DNA of 64,000 nucleotides. It comes from an uncultured Nitrososphaeraceae archaeon. GTDB taxonomy: Archaea > Thermoproteota > Nitrososphaeria > Nitrososphaerales > Nitrososphaeraceae. Position numbers and translations under genes: made by a program. Under the pieces are notes generated by a model. It saw only the letters and a program-made list of their open reading frames with translations, was not told the origin of the DNA and did not search any database. The stretch spans positions 237,879 through 301,878 of the forward strand of contig CAVXZB010000023.1 in assembly GCA_963765895.1 (NCBI GenBank), written 5' to 3'. Shown here one piece after another: positions 1-11,261 of the stretch (positions are counted from its first letter, which is position 1; each line of letters opens with the position of its first letter).

Positions 1-201
1 ATGACGAGAATTCTTCATCGGCGGGTTTTTGTTTCAATTTCTTCTGAAACCAGTCCTTAAGTCCCACAACAGTACATTGATACACCTTCTTTATAGAACT
101 TTTGTGACCATTAGTAATACGACCTCTTCTTGATGACTAACCCCCAAACTATGGTACGGGAGTTATCAGGTACTTTTTATGACAAATGACTATCTAAGAA
201 A

Positions 202-1723
202 TCAGACATCATAATAGTACAAAAATTGCTCGCGACTTGGATTTTTCACCGACTTTTTTCGTTTCAGCTTCTTTGATGGTTAGATATGTTTCAATTAACT
301 CATCGCTAAAGCAAATTTTGAGGTAATCCAAATCACTCTTCAACCTTTCCAGCGAATCTTGCAATGTGCGCGGCAAGGATTGAATTCCAAGACTGATCCT
401 TTTAGATTCTGACATTTTGTATATATTTTCGTCAATCGGAGATCCAGGATCAATTTTTTTCTGGACGCCATCAAGCCCAGCTGCTAATATCGCTGGAAAG
501 ACTAGATAAGGATTTGAGGAGGGGTCTGGAGCTCTAAATTCAAGTCGCTTTGTCTTGTAGTTGTCTTTATCGTTTATAGGTATGCGGATAACTGTTGATC
601 GATTTCCTCTAGCCCATGCAATATAAACTGGAGCTTCAAATCCTGGAACTATTCGATGGTAAGAATTTACCGTAGGTGCAACTAATGCTGCTAGTGAAGG
701 AGAGTGATCGAGAACACCTCCAATAAAATAGCGGCCAACCTGACTAAGATTGGAGTACAAGTCATCAGTATCATAAAACACGTTGCGATTATTCTCTAGA
801 GACGACCCAAGTGAAGATTTTGTCCACAAACTTAGACTAACATGCATGCCTGAACCATTATCATTACTATCCTCGCTACAACTAGGATCTCCTTTCCTCG
901 AAGTGATAGAACCATCGAAAATTGGCTTGGGCATGAAATTCGCAATCCGATTGTTTTTCTTTGCCACATTTTTGACTACGTCCTTGTATGTTTGGACATT
1001 ATCTGCGCTTTTGGTTAGGCTGTTATGAACAAAATTTATTTCGATCTGGCCACTACTAGCTACCTCATGATTTAAGTTCGTTACATTTATGCAATAATAG
1101 TCCTTCAGAATCCTTGCAACTTCGAACCTGAAATCTAACAATGAATCTTGGAATGGGGGTGCATCATATCCTCCTTTGGTTCTAATCGGGTAGTTCCCCA
1201 TCCCTATTTTTTCTTGAGATATAATGTCCGGGCCATCTACAGCATTTTCCCCAGAATTCCGATGATCATGAAATAGTATCTTATCAAAGATGAAACATTC
1301 GACTTCTGCTCCAACCTGACATGTTAGGCCCTTTTCAGCAAGGCGTTCCTCCATAATTTGTGAAACATATCGTGGGTCTTTGCGTAATCTACCTTGTTCA
1401 TATCCGTGGTAGACGTCTGAGATTACCGAAGCTGTTATCTGCTTTGTAAATGGGAACAATCTGAGAGTATATTTGTCAGGAATTAAAACCAAATCAGAGT
1501 CATTGATAGTGGTAAAACCTTCGACAGATGAACCGTCAAGGCCTATCCCATTAGTGATCAACTTTTGTAGCTGGTCATTATCAGTCATTGCATATTTCGC
1601 GAGGAATCTACCAAATACGTCGGTATATCTAACCTGAAGAAACTCTAGATCTTGCATATTATTGCTACTTTCACTTTGGTTGAGCGAGGAGCCAATTATA
1701 GCATCATAACTCTTGTTAGGCAT
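202..1723 (-). CDS. glnA: Glutamine synthetase type I (probable +1 indel near C-terminus)
   Basis: Motifs DGSS, HEVASSGQIEI, FMPKP, NGSGMH, RIVPGFEAP, NRS..IRIP, RLEFRAPDPSSNPYL. The canonical tail EQFLYYYDV* lies in a shifted frame ending at 202; the ORF track stops at 209. Confidence 0.95.
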
Positions 1724-2460
1724 ATACTTAGAAGATAACTAATCGAATATAATGTTTGTTATAAAAAATACTGACAATTGACAATCAGTTAGGCAGGGTT
1801 AATAGCGATTGTTAGATCCTATCTATCTCTGGCTATTTTAATAAAACGTACGTTAAATTTTAGTATCATGCGTTTTGGGAAGATGTTCGCACGATCATGC
1901 ACCATATTAGGAGTATTATAGTATCGTGATAAATCATTAGTAATCTTTATAGTAATCTCCACAAAATCCGAAACGAGGATGACTTATCGTCAATGGCCGA
2001 TTTCTGATCATAGAAACATAAGCAATTGTAAGGAGATTACAAATCAAAGCTATTTGAATGAGGCTTCTGATTCGGCTAAGAAATCTTCGTTAACAATCCT
2101 GCAGAATATTAAGATTCTTGTCAATTCATTGAAATAAAAATCATCATAGAAGAAGAATAAATGACGGTAGAGATTTAGAAGACCAGAATTTAATATAGGA
2201 CACGATATGCTTCTTGTATTGGTAACAAAGAGGTTATTGCATTCTATCAACAATTATCGAAAAGCATTCGTGTAGGTGAAATGGTGAAATGATAATCTCG
2301 ATAAAGGAATTACACATATTGGGACACAAGTCAAAAGATAATATCTTTTCTTACAAATCATACTGTCGATATTCTTTAATACATTCTGGATGTGACTACA
2401 GATCAGAAGAAAATGAAACGTGGATCGAATAATTACCTAACAGTAATCTGATATTCTAAA

Positions 2461-3048
2461 TTAAGGGTGAGCTGATTGCATATGTTTGGAGAGAACCTCT
2501 TTATCACCATACTCTTTTTGACAGTGAGGACATACTAACATCGCTTTTTTATCTTTTAGTTGGGTTGATGCAAAGGGGTTCAGTATACACAACGATGTCG
2601 TCGCAGTTGCTGCATTGATTGTCTCCATTGCCGCTTTTTCCATTTTCGTCATTATGTCATCTCGGCTCACGATACCCAAGACGCTATTCGAAGTTGTTAC
2701 AACAAGCTGTCTAATAATATGTTTTTCCATAACAGAGAGGGCGTCTACGATAGACATTTCAGGAGGAATAGAGATTACAGGAGCAGACATTACTTCCTTA
2801 ATCTGTATCTTGGCTGGTGATTTGTGAATCGCAACCACTTTAAAAAGTACGTCCGTTTTTGATACTAATCCGATGACTTGCTCGCCATGATCTGATACAA
2901 GGATGGAACGTACGAGGTTGTCTTTCATTGCAGTGATCGCGTCCGCAACTGTTCTAGACTGCTCTAAAATGATGACATTCGAATTCATTGCAAATGAGAC
3001 AGGCATGGATAATAGAGAAGATCGATTGACATTTTTATCTTCTATCAC
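2461..3048 (-). CDS. CBS-pair protein with C-terminal C2H2 zinc finger
   Basis: Two CBS repeats (GLVSKTDV, GIVSRDDI) followed by CPHC-x12-H-x4-H. Confidence 0.85.
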   Translation of the reverse strand: MIEDKNVNRSSLLSMPVSFAMNSNVIILEQSRTVADAITAMKDNLVRSILVSDHGEQVIGLVSKTDVLFKVVAIHKSPAKIQIKEVMSAPVISIPPEMSIVDALSVMEKHIIRQLVVTTSNSVLGIVSRDDIMTKMEKAAMETINAATATTSLCILNPFASTQLKDKKAMLVCPHCQKEYGDKEVLSKHMQSAHP

Positions 3049-3499
3049 TATACTATATTATTATGAGAATTATTTAAATAAATTTTATGATTAGCCCTAA
3101 CTATCCAGTCTGGAGTTTTTGACGTGCAGAAAGAATGCGTATACTGCAAATCGGTTACTCTAATTTCAATATCATCCTCTGGGCTCAGTTTTGTGCTCTA
3201 TCCCCAATCAAAGATATGAATCACGCTTTCATCTTGCCCTTTTCCGGATACAAATTTAAATCCCAAGTCAAATCTAGAACAGTTAACATTAAAAGACAGG
3301 ATAATACTGTGCTATACTATGGCATGCAGTTTCTCGATCTATAACAAACATAAATGTGTAGTCCCCTTTACTATAATCAGCTTAGAATTTTATTTGTGAA
3401 TTTCATTGTTAATCAATAAACAACTTAAAGCTGTTAAACAACTTTTCTTGATGTACAATAACAATAACTTATCTCGCAGACAGTACGAGGTATTACAAT

Positions 3500-4177
3500 A
3501 TGTCATTTGGAAATAAATGGAGTCGACCTCAACACGGCGAGAGCGTTAGTGAAAGCGTTAGGAATAAACTTCGCGAAGGGATAAAGTCATCAGAGCCGCT
3601 AAAGCCGCGAATAGAAGAGGCTCAAAAAAAATTACAGATGCAGATTTCCAAGTTAGATGCGATATCAACGAAGATGAACGAAAAAGATAAGCTAATCTTT
3701 GATCGTGTTATCCAGGCAGTTCAAAATCATGATAGCCAATACGCCAAATTGTTGTCCAATGAATTATCTCAAGTTCGCAAAATGAACAGTATGGTTGATT
3801 CCGCTAAATTGGCCTTAGAGCAAATCCAGTTGAGGCTAAATACAATGACAGAGCTTGGAGATGTGGTGGTCACTCTAAGTCCGGCTATGTCGGTCATAAA
3901 GGGCATACAAGGAGGAGTATCATCTATGATGCCAGAAGCAGATCAATCACTAGGACAAATATCAGATTTATTAGGCAATATCATGACTGGAACCGGTCAA
4001 GCCATTTCATCATCTACCGTAGCTAAAGATATAGGGGTTACAAGTCTAGACGAAGAAGCTATGAAGATAATCGAAGATGCTACTGCAACCGTGGAGGAGA
4101 GTACAAGAAGCAAATTTCCTGACCTGCCATCATCTAATGGTATTAGTTCCAGACGAACTGAAACATCTGTCTATTAG
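3500..4177 (+). CDS. cdvB: ESCRT-III/Snf7-family cell division protein (CdvB paralogue)
   Basis: Helical Snf7 core (LALEQIQLRLNTMTELGDVVVTLSPAM) and a MIM2-like FPDLP tail. Confidence 0.85.
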   Translation: MSFGNKWSRPQHGESVSESVRNKLREGIKSSEPLKPRIEEAQKKLQMQISKLDAISTKMNEKDKLIFDRVIQAVQNHDSQYAKLLSNELSQVRKMNSMVDSAKLALEQIQLRLNTMTELGDVVVTLSPAMSVIKGIQGGVSSMMPEADQSLGQISDLLGNIMTGTGQAISSSTVAKDIGVTSLDEEAMKIIEDATATVEESTRSKFPDLPSSNGISSRRTETSVY

Positions 4178-4459
4178 AGACGTCCAATTTTTTTATGAAT
4201 CATGTGTGTTATCCATTATAGGAAACTATCTATTTGAACTATGGATAAGTCCAATATCAACCCCTAATTACAATAAGCAATACTAAATGATTAAAATAAA
4301 TTCCAGATCAAGAATCTGTTATATTATCAGATTATTGTTACCTTCAAAGTGAGCCATTTTCTTATGTGCTAAAATTAGATAAATGTATTGCATTGTATTT
4401 AAAGGCATTATAATTACGGTATAAGCACATATGGATCCATACCACTATAATCATGATCT

Positions 4460-4603
4460 ATGCGTGAGTTGTGTAGCCGCTGCGGTGATCCGAACACTGA
4501 TATGTATTGTTGTCAGCACACCAATGACAAATATATCTGCAAGGTTTGCTATGAAGAAATACATTGGCTGATTAATAATTATACGAATGGACATGAGAAT
4601 TAA
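4460..4603 (+). CDS. 47-aa putative zinc-finger microprotein (absent from ORF track)
   Basis: Translated by hand: MRELCSRCGDPNTDMYCCQHTNDKYICKVCYEEIHWLINNYTNGHEN*; two CxxC pairs plus CC and H. Confidence 0.6.
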   Translation: MRELCSRCGDPNTDMYCCQHTNDKYICKVCYEEIHWLINNYTNGHEN

Positions 4604-4689
4604 TAGATATAGACAATTATTATATTATTATTATTATATTAAGTTGTAATATATTTCGGTTAATTCTTTGAGCTAATCCTTAATTTTTC

Positions 4690-5844
4690 TTAAAATCTAG
4701 AATACTCGCTTCCAGCCAAAGATGTACCTCCTATCTCCTTTAGATATTTCATCTTGATAATCTTCTTAAGTTTACTAGCTGAATATCCGAAGAGATCTAG
4801 TCCTGAGATCCTAGAAATCGCAAATTCCGAGCCTATTGAAATGGCGTAGGTAGATGCTGGATCAGAGGGCTTGAATTTGCGAAGTGGTTTGCCATTTATC
4901 TTGGCCCAGATATTATATGCAGCAACTTTCCCGTGCTCTTTGGCGAAATATGCATTAGTCGGTAGAGGCCGGCCGTAATTGTCTAATAAGAGAGCTGAAT
5001 CACCAATTACGAAGACATCATCTCTACCAGCTGGTTGCAAGTGACTATTAACTAATACTCTGCCCTTTTCGCCTATGTTCAGCCCTATTTGTTTAAGCAG
5101 AGGACTAGCAACTACACCACCAGTCCAGATAAACAAACTGCTCCTTATTTCGATATCATTTCTGAGCCGAACCGAATTTGATCTAATTTCTACTATAGAA
5201 TACTCCTTGCCTACAAGCAATCGAACGTTCAAACTATCAAGGTAAATTTTCGCCCATTTGACCGCTTCATTGGGAAAGCCACTGAGCAAATTCGCTGATA
5301 CCAATACGACCTCCGTGAGATTAGATTCAGGATTACTACCTTGTAGCGTTGCAATTTCTCCAGCAAGCTCAACTCCGGTAGCCCCACCTCCACCTACAAC
5401 AATTGTTTTTCCCATTCCCATATTAGGTAAAGCTGTAGCTATTTTCTGAGCATCTTCTATGCTATTAAATTGAAATGCAAACTCGTTCATACCAGGGATA
5501 TCTGGAATGAATGGCCGACTTCCCAATGATAGGACTAAAAAATCATATTCCAATGTACGAGAAATCTGTGAACTATTTACCATCGATACGGTCTTACTAT
5601 CCAAACTAATATCCTTAATATCGGCCTGAATGAATTCGATATTTCGATTTTTTAGGATTTCTCTATAATAAATTATGGAAAATCCTCGCTTTGAAATAAT
5701 TTCAGGCAAACTTGGGAGTAGTGTGTGATATTCTCTTTTATCGATTAGCACTATTTTTGATCTTGTGCCCCTTATTAGGCGTTCCACGGTTATGGCCGTT
5801 TGCAATCCAGCGTAGCCACCTCCTGCGATTAGAACCAGTACCAA
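4690..5844 (-). CDS. Type II NADH dehydrogenase-like FAD-dependent oxidoreductase
   Basis: GGGYAG, GGGATGVELAGE and VFVIGD motifs. Confidence 0.85.
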   Translation of the reverse strand: MVLVLIAGGGYAGLQTAITVERLIRGTRSKIVLIDKREYHTLLPSLPEIISKRGFSIIYYREILKNRNIEFIQADIKDISLDSKTVSMVNSSQISRTLEYDFLVLSLGSRPFIPDIPGMNEFAFQFNSIEDAQKIATALPNMGMGKTIVVGGGGATGVELAGEIATLQGSNPESNLTEVVLVSANLLSGFPNEAVKWAKIYLDSLNVRLLVGKEYSIVEIRSNSVRLRNDIEIRSSLFIWTGGVVASPLLKQIGLNIGEKGRVLVNSHLQPAGRDDVFVIGDSALLLDNYGRPLPTNAYFAKEHGKVAAYNIWAKINGKPLRKFKPSDPASTYAISIGSEFAISRISGLDLFGYSASKLKKIIKMKYLKEIGGTSLAGSEYSRF

Positions 5845-6196
5845 GGAAACTCTATTTTTGGTTAGGATGTTAATTGGTATTAACTATTATGTCATTAGTA
5901 ATTAGATATAGATAAAAGTAGGTCAGTTATGATAGACTTCATTCGATATATCAGGATAAAGTAATACTTAAGAAGGATCCAAAGGTGGTTTTCATTGTTC
6001 AAACATTATTTGTCCAGTATTTCAGATAAATTATGCAGATAAATTGAGCGCCGAGTACCTACAATTTTGTATTGAAATGTATAGAAAAATCGTAGAAACA
6101 TGATACACCAAGTGTAAGCGAGATCGCGACTTATCGATATTTATATATAACAAATTATTAGCACTAAATCATCAATTATAGCGACGGTGTATTCCT

Positions 6197-7151
6197 ATAC
6201 AAGTAATAATTATTTCTCACGAATCAGATCTAGACGGGATATATTCGGCTTCTATTGGATTAATGCGATATCCACAAGCTTCTACCTACTTTCTCAGTTA
6301 TGGGACCGAATCTTTTGGAAAATTGGCAAAATATCTTCAAACCATAATTAGTTCAACGAAAATGGCCGGGATAGTCTTAGTTTCAGATTTAGGAATGAAT
6401 GATGATAGTAATCTAGTTGAGATATGCAGCGAGATATTCGATTATTTAGAACAAAATAACTGGAAAGCGACTTGGATAGATCATCATCCTTGGCCAATTA
6501 AGGTAGTGAATACTTTTGCCAGGCGTATCGAACTAGTTCTTGATGATTCAGGTAATAAGTGCGCTGCCAGATCTGATGTACGGCTATCTTCTAAAAGATA
6601 ACGTGGTGGCAGCGAAGCTCGCAAGTATGGCGCATGCAATGGATTTTTTTACCAAGGAGGAGTATCTAACTCCGGTGGCAGAGCTTATTCGTTATTATAG
6701 CAATTTCGAAGATTTCTATGAACGACTAACTAAGTTAGCTCGAAAAGCGTCTGAGGGAATACTCTGGGATATAGAAATGGGGATTGAATATAGCCATTAT
6801 GTTAACCTGCGTGATTACGAGAAGAAACAGTCAATATCCTCAATGAAAATTAAAGATGTAGACGGTATTAAAGTTGTATTTGTCAAATCCTCTCGTAATA
6901 TTCAAAATAGTCTATTTGCTGATGAATTATTTTCGTTAACTAAAGCTGATATTGTAATGCTTTATAACTCAAATGGAGATGTAAGTATTAGGCGAAATAA
7001 TGATTCGATAGCATGTAATCAGATAGCAAACAATCTTTTTAACGGAGGAGGTCATAAGTTTGCCGCCGGAGCAAGTTTTCGTAGTAATCCACTTGATGTT
7101 GATGCCGTAATATCAGAACTAGAAGCAGCTATACGAGCTAGTCTTATCTAG
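6197..7151 (+). CDS. DHH/DHHA1 phosphoesterase (single +1 frameshift ~6568; start uncertain)
   Basis: SHESDLDG motif is in frame upstream of the ATG at 6263; WIDHH; GGGH in the second ORF. Joins ORFs 6263..6601 and 6540..7151. Confidence 0.85.
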
Positions 7152-7599
7152 CAAAAATTGAACAGGTAAATTTGTATATATCAATAGGCCAAAAAGAATT
7201 GTAGCATTTCACACAAGATCAGTTATGAAATTGAAGATGGCGTCTCTATAATACTGATCTGATATATAGAGTTACTAATCATTTGAAATATTTCATACCA
7301 TACTGTCTTGCCTCCAATCAAACTTGATCCTCTTAAAGGATTGCAAAATAGTACCAATCAAATCCAATAGACCGATCCAACTCAACCGTAATTATCTGAT
7401 TTTATAGACTTGAATCTATTAGGTGATAATAGATGGCGTTCATGATAGCATATGAAAATTAATACTATCGTAACACCGATATTACAAGATTATAAAAAAA
7501 AAGGAAACGGTAAAGATCTTATTTCAAATCTTTCTAATTTTGGATACTCTAAACTCTAAATGAGTTATCGATTATCCAACCTTCTCATCTCGTTTAGAT

Positions 7600-7839
7600 C
7601 TAGTGCTTGTTGTATTTATTATGATGATGGTGGTGATGATGGTGGTGATGATGGTGGTGGTGATGATGGTGGTGATGATGGTGGTGATGATGGTGGTGAT
7701 GATGGTGGTGGTCAGAATGCTTATGTTTGTATGCTAATGCATGGCTTCCGACTAGAGGGCCAGATGCAAATAGCACTACGATTGCGGCTATTGCAACAAC
7801 AGTTAAGGTTGCTGCGACGTTCTTGCTTAAATTTTGCAT
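7600..7839 (-). CDS. Secreted or membrane-anchored poly-histidine peptide (30 consecutive His)
   Basis: Signal-peptide-like N-terminus ending ..HALA, mixed CAT/CAC codons, TATA-like element ~25 nt upstream and a T-run downstream. Confidence 0.75.
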   Translation of the reverse strand: MQNLSKNVAATLTVVAIAAIVVLFASGPLVGSHALAYKHKHSDHHHHHHHHHHHHHHHHHHHHHHHHHHHHHHNKYNKH

Positions 7840-7860
7840 AGATTTGATCTAGAAAACAAA

Positions 7861-7869
7861 CTTATTAAG
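7861..7869 (-). promoter_or_regulatory. TATA-box-like element of the poly-His gene (leaderless transcript)
   Basis: CTTAATAAG on the minus strand, 22-30 nt upstream of the ATG at 7839. Confidence 0.45.
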
Positions 7870-8411
7870 AGATGCATTATGGAAAATATAGTCTAAATAT
7901 TAAAAGAACTTATAATTTCAGCAAAAGCCAGATAAGAATAGAACATTCACATATATTGCGGTTGTTATTAGTAATATCCGCCTAATTCAATCTCAAGGAT
8001 TTGTAAGAGACTCATCTACTACTAATCGTATTTCCTAGACTTTACTAACTCTCGCCAAGGTAGATAGAATTTTCTATTCAATTTATGCCTCTCATTCCGA
8101 ATGTGGATCTAGGAGATGCATAGATAGTGCGGCGGAATAACTTGCTGTTGGAAACTGAGTGAGGAAAAATCTAATATGAAATGTCTAGATTAGCAAAGTG
8201 CCCCCAAGTTTTAAGATTTTACCCCTCAATTGTTTCTGTAGTAATCTGATCGTCTGTTAATTCCAAGAACCGAAATAAGACTATTTTTCTTACTGGATAT
8301 CGGAATAATTAGTTCAGCAATATGTAAAAACTATAATTTAGAATTCCAAGCCTATTTGCAACGAGTATAAATTATACGACAGATGCACCATTCCTATTAG
8401 TTTGATTTGAA

Positions 8412-8594
8412 ATGAAATGGCCTCACGACATCAAGAACTGGACATGGGCAAGTATTGCCGCGTTTGCAATATCATTTACAATATCATTAATTGCACATGT
8501 TCCGAAAGAACGAGCAATAGTTGGATCCACTTTGGCCGCGTTATTGGTTTTTAGTGGCTTTTTCTTTAGATTCAAAGGTAGGCAAGAAAAATGA
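8412..8594 (+). CDS. Small two-TM membrane protein
   Basis: Two hydrophobic segments and a basic tail; ATG start. Confidence 0.5.
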   Translation: MKWPHDIKNWTWASIAAFAISFTISLIAHVPKERAIVGSTLAALLVFSGFFFRFKGRQEK

Positions 8595-9687
8595 GACTTC
8601 GTGGTTGACTAAATACAGTCGTGTATAACTATTGAATAATTATCATGTAACGTATTTACGTCACCGCGATATGACATATAATCATGAATTTGCCCATGTA
8701 GCTGACAATTCAAGACATTTCCTTATTTCTGTTGGCATATTATAATTTTAAGAACAGCTATTATAAAAATTCGACAGTTGTTTAGCATTTGGAGATAATT
8801 ATAATAATCCTAGATAATATTTTTAGATCTTGGATTAATACATCCAGTGGTTCCTATTAAAAGTTTCAGAATATGATAAGACGAAAATAATTTACTTTGT
8901 ATAAGCAAAATCTCTCTTAGATTAACTTATTATTGAGCAGCCCGCAAGCCTGAGTCAGTTAGCTAACCGACCCGGATTTCGAAACGAGTATGCGTGCTTG
9001 TTCTGTCTAGGAACATGGCTGATCAGTTGGAAGAGAATCAGTCTAGATAATAAAAATTGAGTGCAGATGAATGTACGAAAAGCAATTATAAATTATCAAA
9101 TCGACATAGTGAGATAGCCAAACTTGTAATATCGCACAGATGAAGGATGGATTATACTTGCCTTTTCCTCTAGAATAGGGAAATAGGTGATAGAAATATG
9201 GATTTTAATCGTACATTATTATTCCTAATTTTATGATCATGATAGAGGTTTCATTTACTATTAAATCTCCAGTATCTGTAATTGCCATCATGTGTGGCTT
9301 CAGTATCGCCCGCTTTCCGTAAACAAAATTAGCCGAACTTTATATAAGAGGTTCGTAATTGGTTCATCTTCTTTCTATAATATAAATTACTAAACCTTTA
9401 ATATCGTGTTGGTATAGAATTTAGGCAACAAACAAAATATATGAAAAGATTAGCCTATCTGATTGAATCCGAGACGACAAGAATTGAAAAGGTTGGAGCG
9501 CATAACCATCACTTATATAAGATTTTACGGACTTGAGTAACTCCCGCCCGAATCCCTATTGATCAACTGCACGCGCTGATGGCATAACTATCTTTGTTTG
9601 TATGAGCACATGTTAAATTGCAATTAAGCAAAATGTTCACAACTGCTCAAACCCCCCAATACCACTGTATAAACAGGCTAATCAAAT

Positions 9688-10005
9688 TCAGTCGTTACGG
9701 ATGAGTTTCCTTCTAATAGTTCTTTTTTTAATAACCTTGGGCTTTGCGGCATTTTTGTCTTCAGACGGTTTTTCTCTTACAACTATTTTTGGCTCGTTGA
9801 TTTTGTTACTAACATCTCTTAACTTATCAATGTTTTCCTGGTGAGTTGTGTTTCTTAACTTGTCAATCGGTATCCCATACATTTTAGCTAAGTAATGGTT
9901 CTTTATGCCAGCCTCATTAAGTTCCTTTAATGAGTATCCTCTTCCGCTTCTAGTTGCAACAACACTTTTACTTCTGAATTTAACTATAGGCTTTTCTATC
10001 TGCAA
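9688..10005 (-). CDS. rpl13e: 50S ribosomal protein L13e
   Basis: RSGRGYSLKEL..AGI and GIPIDKLR..THQENIDKL. Likely TTG start at 10005 or 10017; the track start at 10080 lies inside the IS. Confidence 0.8.
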   Translation of the reverse strand: MQIEKPIVKFRSKSVVATRSGRGYSLKELNEAGIKNHYLAKMYGIPIDKLRNTTHQENIDKLRDVSNKINEPKIVVREKPSEDKNAAKPKVIKKRTIRRKLIRND

Positions 10006-10063
10006 TATTCTAGGCAATTCCAATTGATATATTATTACACAATAATAAATATTTCTCGGTCTT

Positions 10064-11012
10064 GGCTGTGTAGAAACCATCTCATACAGTCAAAGCTTTG
10101 TAAGAGTATAATACCAATAGTCTATTGAAAGAATCAATGTACAGTCAGACTTGCAGGTACTATGTTCCGTGTTTTGAAGCATGCAAGGATTCCTCTATTT
10201 TCTAACAGGAAAAGTAATCACATATTTACAATATGGCAGCACATAGTTCTAGTTGCTATACGACAGTATGAAGGTAAGAGTTATAGAATGTTTGTCGAGT
10301 GGTTAATTGAAGCCTATTACCTAAGGTCATTTCTACGGTTGTCACGTATTCCTCATTTTACAACATTGCAAAAGTTTACAGATAGAATCAATAATTCATT
10401 GCTTGAAAAGATAATTTCGTCATTCATTGTAATTAGTGGTACCAAGCATATCTTTGCAGGAATAGATTCAACAGGATTTAAGATAACTCATGCATCACAA
10501 TATTATACTGATCGAACAGAATTGAGAAGAAAATATGCGAAATTATCTATTGGAGTAGATGTATTACAACAAATCATATGTACAATTAAGATAAGACGAG
10601 CTCCAACAAGGCATGATAATGTAGATTTCAGGCCAATTATAACAAGGACATCAAATATTCTTCCATTATCCGTAGTTACAGCTGATAAGGGTTACGATAG
10701 TGAAGATAATCACCTTCTCGTAAGAGAGGACTTACATGCATTCAGTATTATTCCTGCTCGATATGAACATGTACCGATGTGGAGAACACATGGTAAGTAC
10801 AGAAAGCAGATGAAGCGTGGTTACTCCAAATTGCTGTACAATCAACGAAACAAAGATGAAACCATAATATCAGTCATAAAACGACTATTTGGAGAGAATC
10901 TTATGTCTAGATTGACTAGAATGCAGAACAGAGAGTTATCATTTAGATGTATCACCTACAATATGCATAGACTGACTAATCTTGTAATATTGATGATGTT
11001 TTCTACATAGCC
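10064..11012 (+). mobile_element. IS5-family insertion sequence, copy 1 (949 bp)
   Basis: TIRs GGCTGTGTAGAAA / TTTCTACATAGCC; 8-bp TSD TCGGTCTT at 10056-10063 and 11013-11020. Confidence 0.95.
10162..11010 (+). CDS. IS5-family DDE transposase
   Basis: IDSTG, ADKGYD and Y-x2-R-x3-E-x6-K (YNQRNKDETIISVIKR). Confidence 0.93.
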   Translation: MFRVLKHARIPLFSNRKSNHIFTIWQHIVLVAIRQYEGKSYRMFVEWLIEAYYLRSFLRLSRIPHFTTLQKFTDRINNSLLEKIISSFIVISGTKHIFAGIDSTGFKITHASQYYTDRTELRRKYAKLSIGVDVLQQIICTIKIRRAPTRHDNVDFRPIITRTSNILPLSVVTADKGYDSEDNHLLVREDLHAFSIIPARYEHVPMWRTHGKYRKQMKRGYSKLLYNQRNKDETIISVIKRLFGENLMSRLTRMQNRELSFRCITYNMHRLTNLVILMMFST

Positions 11013-11261
11013 TCGGTCTTCTATAAGTAATGAAATTAAACTCATTTTTTTAGATCGCCTCGCCAATTCCGATACCAATGATTGTTGCTATTTAGCGGCA
11101 AGCCATCAATAACTTTGACAAGGTATTTAATTTGTATTAAGAAGCATGATCTTGTATGAACCTGTTTGCAGGAGAGTCAAGATAGAATGAGGCACTTCAG
11201 TAGGCTTACTCTATGTCCCGAATCACTGAAAATTTTATGTAGTCGTATCGTTATTACGATC

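Noticed and set aside
783-1028. Short antisense ORFs inside long genes (this one and many similar in the track)
   Set aside because: They fully overlap well-supported genes on the opposite strand and have no motifs.
7560-7841. Plus-strand Asp/Gly-repeat ORF
   Set aside because: Antisense shadow of the poly-His gene, which has the signal peptide and promoter.
9520-9592. Fluoride-riboswitch-like GCTGATG segment
   Set aside because: The 5' GGnGAUGG element and pseudoknot partner are missing, and there is no suitable downstream gene.
10006-10080. N-terminal extension of L13e
   Set aside because: The called start lies inside the IS end; L13e similarity starts further downstream.
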